Source of the DNA: Campylobacterota bacterium
GTDB taxonomy: Bacteria > Campylobacterota > Campylobacteria > Campylobacterales > Sulfurovaceae
Reading direction: 5' to 3'
DNA length: 64,000 nucleotides
Assembly (NCBI GenBank): GCA_003252535.1
Contig: QKDN01000046.1
Coordinates: 27,183 to 91,182, forward strand
The notes under the pieces are model-generated. The model saw only the letters and a list, made by a program, of their open reading frames with translations, was not told where the DNA came from and made no database searches. A program made the position numbers and the translations under genes. Numbering within the stretch: the first letter of the stretch is position 1; every line of letters starts with the position of its first letter. Shown in pieces: positions 58,566 through 64,000 of the stretch.

Positions 58566-58661
58566 TCTCTTCCTAAGAGGGTGCTCCTGCGCTATGCAAA
58601 CGCTTTTCCCCCCCCCATTTCATGGGTTGGGTGCATAGCTTCTCGCACCCTCTTAGGAAGA
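58566..58661. repeat. 96-nt intergenic palindrome (18-bp perfect outer stem) containing a C9 homopolymer
   Basis: CTCTTCCTAAGAGGGTGC...GCACCCTCTTAGGAAGAG with inner GCGCTATGCA/TGCATAGC pairing; C-run 58607..58615. Confidence 0.7.
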
Positions 58662-58740
58662 GGATGAAGAGTTTTCCGGCTTCCCATATCCATAAAATTT
58701 AAAAATAAATGAATATAATTTATCAAAAAGAGGAGAATCG

Positions 58741-59241
58741 ATGAAAAAAATAGTATTGCTGGCACTGGTCTGCGCCCTGAGTACGCTGAGCGCCGAGACG
58801 GTCAAGAGCTACTACCCCAACGGCAAGCTCAAAAGCGCCGAAGAGTACAAGAATGGCAAACGTACCGGGATGAGCCACGAGTACTATGAGGACGGCGCAA
58901 CCCTCCGCACCGCCAAGCCATACCTCGGCGGTAAGCTCCACGGGATCGTCCAGGCATACTCCTCCAATGCCCTCCTGCGCTACGAAGTCCCCTACAAGAA
59001 CGGACTGGAGAACGGGACGGCGCGCTACTATACCGACGACGGGCTGCTCAAGGCGGAGGTCGACTACAAGGACGGGCTCAAGGACGGGCGGATGAGGCTC
59101 TACTATGAGACGGGGATGCTCAAGATCGAGACCGTATGGGAAAACGGCAAACTTGTCGACGGCTATCTCTTCAACATGGAGAGCAAGAACCGCCGCTTCA
59201 CCAAAGAGGAGTTCGAGATATTCAGAAAGGCCAACGAATAG
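58741..59241 (+). CDS. secreted MORN-repeat (YwqK-like) protein
   Basis: 166 aa, signal peptide, repeated YxxNGKLKxE / Y.DG.L units. Confidence 0.6.
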   Translation: MKKIVLLALVCALSTLSAETVKSYYPNGKLKSAEEYKNGKRTGMSHEYYEDGATLRTAKPYLGGKLHGIVQAYSSNALLRYEVPYKNGLENGTARYYTDDGLLKAEVDYKDGLKDGRMRLYYETGMLKIETVWENGKLVDGYLFNMESKNRRFTKEEFEIFRKANE

Positions 59242-59243
59242 GG

Positions 59244-59918
59244 ATGGGATTTCTGCTGCCCGAGTTCAGACATATCGTCAATAACAGACTCAAGTACATC
59301 TACCTCACCTTCGACGAGGAGGCGAACCTCGTCATCAAGAGCCCCCGGATCACCCAGGCAGAGCTGGAGAAGGTGCTGATCAAAAAGAGCGCGTGGATCG
59401 AAAAGAGCCGCCGGAAGGTCCTCTCCAGGAAAGGGGTGATCTCGCCAGTGGAGGGGAAACAGCAGGTCTATTTCCTCGGCGAAGCCCACGAGGTGAGGCA
59501 CGAGCTCGGGGAGCGCGGGAGAGCCGTGCTGGAGTTTGGCAGCGGGGGATTCGTCTACCGTGCGGCATCTTTTGATCTCGAGGAGTTCCGAAGCGTGCTT
59601 GACCGATTCTACCTCAGGGAGGCGCGGGAGTCGATACCCCGGATGCTCAGAGACTGCTCCGAGCGCTCGGGTCTGGAGCCCGGGAAGCTCTCGCTGCGCA
59701 AGGCCGCCAAGCGGTGGGGGAGCTGCAGCAGCCGCAATGATATCTCGATCAACTACCGGGTGATGAAGCTCCCGCCCGAGCTCATCGAGTATATCCTCTA
59801 CCACGAGCTCGCCCACATCTGCCACAAGAACCACAAGAAGGAGTTCTGGGCATTGGTAGGTGAGCTCATGCCGCACTACAGGGACTGCGAAGTGCAGCTC
59901 AAAACATACAGACCATAG
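59244..59918 (+). CDS. YgjP-like (DUF45/M48-type) metal-dependent hydrolase
   Basis: Start at MGFLLPEF; HELAH zinc motif and WGSCS segment. Confidence 0.6.
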   Translation: MGFLLPEFRHIVNNRLKYIYLTFDEEANLVIKSPRITQAELEKVLIKKSAWIEKSRRKVLSRKGVISPVEGKQQVYFLGEAHEVRHELGERGRAVLEFGSGGFVYRAASFDLEEFRSVLDRFYLREARESIPRMLRDCSERSGLEPGKLSLRKAAKRWGSCSSRNDISINYRVMKLPPELIEYILYHELAHICHKNHKKEFWALVGELMPHYRDCEVQLKTYRP

Positions 59919-59926
59919 GAGACCAA

Positions 59927-60184
59927 ATGGATATCTACCTGATCATATTCCTCATCCTCATCCTCGCAGGGTCGGTGACGATCTACACTTACTACCTGCG
60001 GGAGAAGAAGGTCGAGCTCGATTCGATCAAGCGGGGGTTCTGCCCCTCGTGCCACCAGAACACGATCGAACTGACCGATCAGCGGGGGACAGGGTGCGGT
60101 TCGCCGCGTCTCGTGACCTTCGAGTGCAGCAGCTGCGGCTACCACAACAGCTTCAGCATCGACGGCGGCGGGTGCGGGTTTTAG
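59927..60184 (+). CDS. small membrane-anchored zinc-ribbon protein
   Basis: 85 aa; N-terminal TM, CPSC...CSSC. Confidence 0.4.
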   Translation: MDIYLIIFLILILAGSVTIYTYYLREKKVELDSIKRGFCPSCHQNTIELTDQRGTGCGSPRLVTFECSSCGYHNSFSIDGGGCGF

Positions 60185-60909
60185 AGGAGGGTGTTGTTGA
60201 GGAGGAGATTGTTGGCTCCTGCCTCTTTGAGCTCCCTGCTGCGAAACACTTCCTCCATGTACCTCGCCTGCCTGGCCGAATGGAGATCGCTGCCGAGGAA
60301 ATCGACCATCTCGAAAGCGGAGAGTATCTTTGTATTCTCCTGTACCTCTTTACCGTAAAATCCCGTGAATGATCCGATATTGCACTGGAAGAGTACCTCC
60401 TGTTCTTTGAGCTCGATATATTTCTTTTTCGGAGAAGTGAAATAGAGATAGCGTTCCGGGTGGGCCAGAACCGGTGTATACCCCGCTGCTTTCACTTCAT
60501 AAAGAAGCTTGTCAAGATTGGGCGGCATCGTAAAACGGGATATTTCGAAGAGGAGGTAGTTGTCCCCGAATGTCAGGATGTCATCGTGTGCCATCCGTTG
60601 CAGCAGCTCCGTATCGAGCATATATTCCGCGGCTGCTTCCACTTCTATCCCGATCCCGTTACGGAGCATCTCCTCTTTGAGGATGGCAAGGGTATCCCTG
60701 ATGGTCCGGGTGGCGTTGTTGTAGCGGTGCGACATGACATGGGGGGTGGTGATCACCTTGTGATACCCCATCCGTTCGAGCGAGCGGAGCATCTCGAGAC
60801 TCTCTGCCATATCCTTCGCACCGTCGTCGATACCCGGGAGAATATGGGAGTGAATATCTACAGCAAGCTCCAGCGGGGTATCGTGGCTGAAGATATTGAA
60901 AAGTGCCAT
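60181..60909 (-). CDS. CpsB/CapC-family PHP-domain protein-tyrosine phosphatase
   Basis: 242 aa; DIHSHILPGIDDG signature. Confidence 0.75.
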   Translation of the reverse strand: MALFNIFSHDTPLELAVDIHSHILPGIDDGAKDMAESLEMLRSLERMGYHKVITTPHVMSHRYNNATRTIRDTLAILKEEMLRNGIGIEVEAAAEYMLDTELLQRMAHDDILTFGDNYLLFEISRFTMPPNLDKLLYEVKAAGYTPVLAHPERYLYFTSPKKKYIELKEQEVLFQCNIGSFTGFYGKEVQENTKILSAFEMVDFLGSDLHSARQARYMEEVFRSRELKEAGANNLLLNNTLL

Positions 60910-61078
60910 TGTCGTTCCTTTTTGAACTTTCGTATCGATTGGATGATAGCATACCCTTGCTTACTGATCTTTAATGAAAAATGATTATAATCCACATTAA
61001 TGGACCTTTTCATGCCGTCATTTGAGAGAATGGAGAGCATAGTGCAAAAGGTCAAAAATCAGTATCGGAGACTATACA

Positions 61079-61810
61079 GTGAAGGGGTTATTCTATTTCG
61101 TCGGGGCGCTTGGGTTGATCATAGGGCTAAGCGGGTGCGGCAAACGCGACTATGAGATATTGCAAAGTGATTCGCCTGTCAGGGAAACCAAAAAGATATC
61201 GCTCAAGGAGATCGAGTACAAGATACAGCCCCATGACAGGGTGTCGATCACGATCTATCAGTCTCCCGACCTCACCCCGGTGAATCTGGAGCAGAAAGGG
61301 TTCATCGTCGATGCCGGCGGGTATGTCTCTCTCCCGCTCATCCATCGTGTCAGGGTCGCAGGGCTCACCCAGAGCGCAGCGGCAAGGATACTCGAAAAGA
61401 GGTATGGTGCATTCCTCAGCGACCCTTCGCTCACCCTCGAGGTGCTCAATAAGAAGATCTATGTCCTCGGTGAGGTGAAGACCCAGGGGGTGATCGAGCT
61501 CCAGAACGATTATATGAATATCTTCCAGGTGCTTGCTGCCAGCGGCGGTCTGGCCGACACGGCACGCCGCGACAGTATCTATATCCTCTCGTACGACAAG
61601 AGTATGACGATGCATATGCGCCAGATCGACCTGAGCAGTTTCGCCACGCTCCAGGGGAGCAATACGATCGTCAGACCCAACGATATCGTCTATGTCCGTC
61701 CCAACAACTGGAAACCGTTCCGTGTAGCAGCCGATGACTTCACATCACCGTTCGAGGCGGTGGCGAAGGTCGCAGCACCGTTCGTGACGATCAAGTATCT
61801 CTCCGACTGA
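61079..61810 (+). CDS. polysaccharide export outer-membrane lipoprotein (Wza-like)
   Basis: 243 aa; lipobox LSGC, Poly_export + SLBB pattern. Confidence 0.7.
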   Translation: MKGLFYFVGALGLIIGLSGCGKRDYEILQSDSPVRETKKISLKEIEYKIQPHDRVSITIYQSPDLTPVNLEQKGFIVDAGGYVSLPLIHRVRVAGLTQSAAARILEKRYGAFLSDPSLTLEVLNKKIYVLGEVKTQGVIELQNDYMNIFQVLAASGGLADTARRDSIYILSYDKSMTMHMRQIDLSSFATLQGSNTIVRPNDIVYVRPNNWKPFRVAADDFTSPFEAVAKVAAPFVTIKYLSD

Positions 61811-61825
61811 CGCTCATGCGGAGGA

Positions 61826-62869
61826 TTACATCTCCTCTGCGCCGTCTCCGATCTCGTCCTCGCTCATCGCGAGCATATTGCCCATTCCCAGAGCCTCTTT
61901 GATCTTCGCTTCGATCTCTCTGGCGAGCTCTTTCTCCTCTTTGAGCATTACTTTGACGTTCTCTTTGCCCTGTCCGAGCTTCTTCTCGCCGTAGCTGAAC
62001 CATGCGCCCGACTTGTCGATGATATCGAGTTTCACACCGTAGTCGACGAGCTCACCCTCTTTGGAGATACCCTCGCCGAACATGATATCGAACTCAGCCT
62101 GTCTGAACGGCGGCGCGACCTTGTTCTTGACCACTTTGGCCTTGACACGGTTACCGATCTGCGATTCACCCTGCTTGAGGGTAGCGATACGGCGTACATC
62201 TATCCTGACAGACGCGTAGAACTTGAGGGCATTACCACCTGTCGTGGTCTCGGGTGAGCCGTAGCCCATCATACCGATCTTCATACGGATCTGGTTGATG
62301 AAGATGACGGTGGTGTTCATCTTGTGGAGGATACCCGTGAGCTTGCGGAGCGCCTGAGACATGAGACGCGCCTGGAGACCCACATGCTGGTCACCCATGT
62401 CACCCTCGATCTCGCTTTTGGGGGTGAGCGCCGCTACCGAGTCGACGACGACGAGGTCGACCGCGCCGCTCCTGGCGATCGTCTCCAGGATATCGAGCGC
62501 CTGTTCGCCGAAGTCGGGCTGCGAGACGAGGAGGTTGTCGATATCGACGCCGAGGTTTCTGGCGTAGAGGACATCAAGGGCATGTTCGGCATCGATGAAC
62601 GCACATATCTTCCCCTCTGCCTGCGCCGAAGCAATGGTCTGGAGTGCGAGGGTGGTCTTACCCGATGATTCGGGCCCGTAGACCTCGATGATCCTCCCCT
62701 GCGGGATACCGCCGATCCCAAGAGCCATATCGAGCCCGAGAGAGCCTGTGCTGATCGCCTCGATAGGCTCGATCTCTTTGTCACCCAGACGGATCAGGGT
62801 ACCTTTGCCGAAAGTCTTGTCGATCTGTTTGATAGCCATCTCAAGGGCTTTTTGTTTGTTCGCATCCAT
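61826..62869 (-). CDS. recA: recombinase RecA
   Basis: 347 aa; [10 protein letters not shown]-loop, full-length RecA pattern. Confidence 0.95.
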   Translation of the reverse strand: MDANKQKALEMAIKQIDKTFGKGTLIRLGDKEIEPIEAISTGSLGLDMALGIGGIPQGRIIEVYGPESSGKTTLALQTIASAQAEGKICAFIDAEHALDVLYARNLGVDIDNLLVSQPDFGEQALDILETIARSGAVDLVVVDSVAALTPKSEIEGDMGDQHVGLQARLMSQALRKLTGILHKMNTTVIFINQIRMKIGMMGYGSPETTTGGNALKFYASVRIDVRRIATLKQGESQIGNRVKAKVVKNKVAPPFRQAEFDIMFGEGISKEGELVDYGVKLDIIDKSGAWFSYGEKKLGQGKENVKVMLKEEKELAREIEAKIKEALGMGNMLAMSEDEIGDGAEEM

Positions 62870-62987
62870 AGTGGTCGATCCTTCGTAGATAAGTTATGAA
62901 ATTCTATCAGCATTATAGTTGCTTTTTGGTGAGGGTGGTGAAAAGATTTCAAATTGACAGATTAATTTTTGCTGCCCTTCCATCGGC

Positions 62988-63692
62988 TCACTCTTCACAC
63001 ATCCCACCCCACACTTCATGGAGGCAGGAGTCGGGATCACGATTCGATTTTTTGCCGAGTAGTTTGTCGGATAGAGGTTTGGCATTCTGATCGAGTTTGA
63101 CCTCGTAGGTACTATCGACACAGCTATGTTTGTCGTCATCGTAATCTCCCGATACCTTCGTGGCGATAAAGCCATTCCCGGTCTTCTTGTATCGCGTATA
63201 GCGGCTGTAGGAGCTGTTCGGTCCATGGAGCCAGAGCATGAGCTGCATCTCACCGTCGGTGTCTATCCCATCGATGACAGGGTAGATATCGTGCGGTTCG
63301 TCCATGCGGTAGATACGAAATTTTTTGTTGATGAGATAGATATTGTAGAGCATATGGCAGTTGAGTCCTTCGACCTCCCCGCTCAGATAGAGAGTACTGT
63401 TGTGATAGTCGATGGGTTTGAGCTCTTTGAACTGTTTTTGTGTCGCAGGCGGGAAGGATGAGAGCGGTTGGCGATAGGCTTTGAAAGATACGAAATACTT
63501 TGTGTCCCTTGGCACCAATACGCCACCTTTATACCTTGCATCATAGGCTCGGACTTCCATATAGAGGATATCATCCCTGAAGTTGAAATCCCTGATCGGG
63601 TCGTATTTGTTCAGGGGTTTGAGCTTCTGCCATTTGGCATATAGAGGAGATGTCAATAGAGAGAGGATGAGGAGAGAGAATAGCCATTTCAT
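62988..63692 (-). CDS. secreted hypothetical protein
   Basis: 234 aa with signal peptide MKWLFSLLILSLLTSPLYA. Confidence 0.5.
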   Translation of the reverse strand: MKWLFSLLILSLLTSPLYAKWQKLKPLNKYDPIRDFNFRDDILYMEVRAYDARYKGGVLVPRDTKYFVSFKAYRQPLSSFPPATQKQFKELKPIDYHNSTLYLSGEVEGLNCHMLYNIYLINKKFRIYRMDEPHDIYPVIDGIDTDGEMQLMLWLHGPNSSYSRYTRYKKTGNGFIATKVSGDYDDDKHSCVDSTYEVKLDQNAKPLSDKLLGKKSNRDPDSCLHEVWGGMCEE

Positions 63693-64000
63693 AGAGACTC
63701 CTTGGTGGTGTAATGATAAAGTAGCATCCTCACTCTTTGTTTGAGCTTGTAAAGGCTTTGAGGTAATACATAGTTATCACAAAAGCCACTGCAATGATTA
63801 TTGCATGTTGATGCTCCCTTAGCGAAGAGTTTGATATTATAAAGAATATAAAAAAATGGGGCTAGACTAGTTTAGAGGTATTAAAGTGCCATAGGAGTAC
63901 GATAATACCGATGAAAAACAAGTATGTAAAAGTTGCCCACATTTCAGAGCCAAAATTTAGAGAGATAATCAAGTATTTTTCAGAGGATCTGACAGCTACA

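Overview
This 64 kb window is chromosomal DNA of a Gram-negative bacterium. Gene order and protein sequences suggest Campylobacterota (epsilonproteobacteria), but the taxon is inferred, not proven.

Host genes are confidently recognisable on both sides. On the left: dedA, accA, fabF, acpP, aroC, rnc, rnhA, the rpmJ-rpsM-rpsK-rpsD-rpoA-rplQ operon, a dCache/GGDEF cyclase, and an RCC1-repeat lipoprotein. On the right: a CusCBA-type heavy-metal RND efflux operon with an OmpR/HK two-component system, murE, nifU-like, recQ, a radical-SAM/SPASM enzyme, a Phd/ParE toxin-antitoxin pair, a band-7 protein, cpsB/wza capsule genes and recA.

Between about 17.2 and 38.75 kb lies a roughly 21.5 kb GC-rich insertion with the hallmarks of a Mu-like transposable prophage. 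It has a divergent CI/LexA-like S24 repressor, a Ner-like protein, a DDE MuA-like transposase, a MuB-like ATPase, a string of small translationally coupled early genes, a Gam-like protein, GemA-like and Ogr/Delta-like regulators, a lysis cassette (holin, overlapping i/o-spanins) and an M15 peptidase. It also carries a complete siphovirus-type tail module: tail terminator, major tail protein, G/GT chaperones with an A_AAA_AAG -1 frameshift site, a 1650-aa tape measure, a Dit-like protein, and two tandem tail-fibre paralogs that share identical N-termini.

No terminase, portal, protease/scaffold or capsid genes are present. The element is therefore a head-less Mu-like element: either a transposable tailocin-like system or a deletion derivative. 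This is the most unusual thing in the window.

Other points of interest:
- an rSAM/SPASM maturase coupled to a Tat-exported protein;
- a 96-nt perfect palindrome containing a C9 tract;
- candidate transposase-binding repeats near both proposed element termini.
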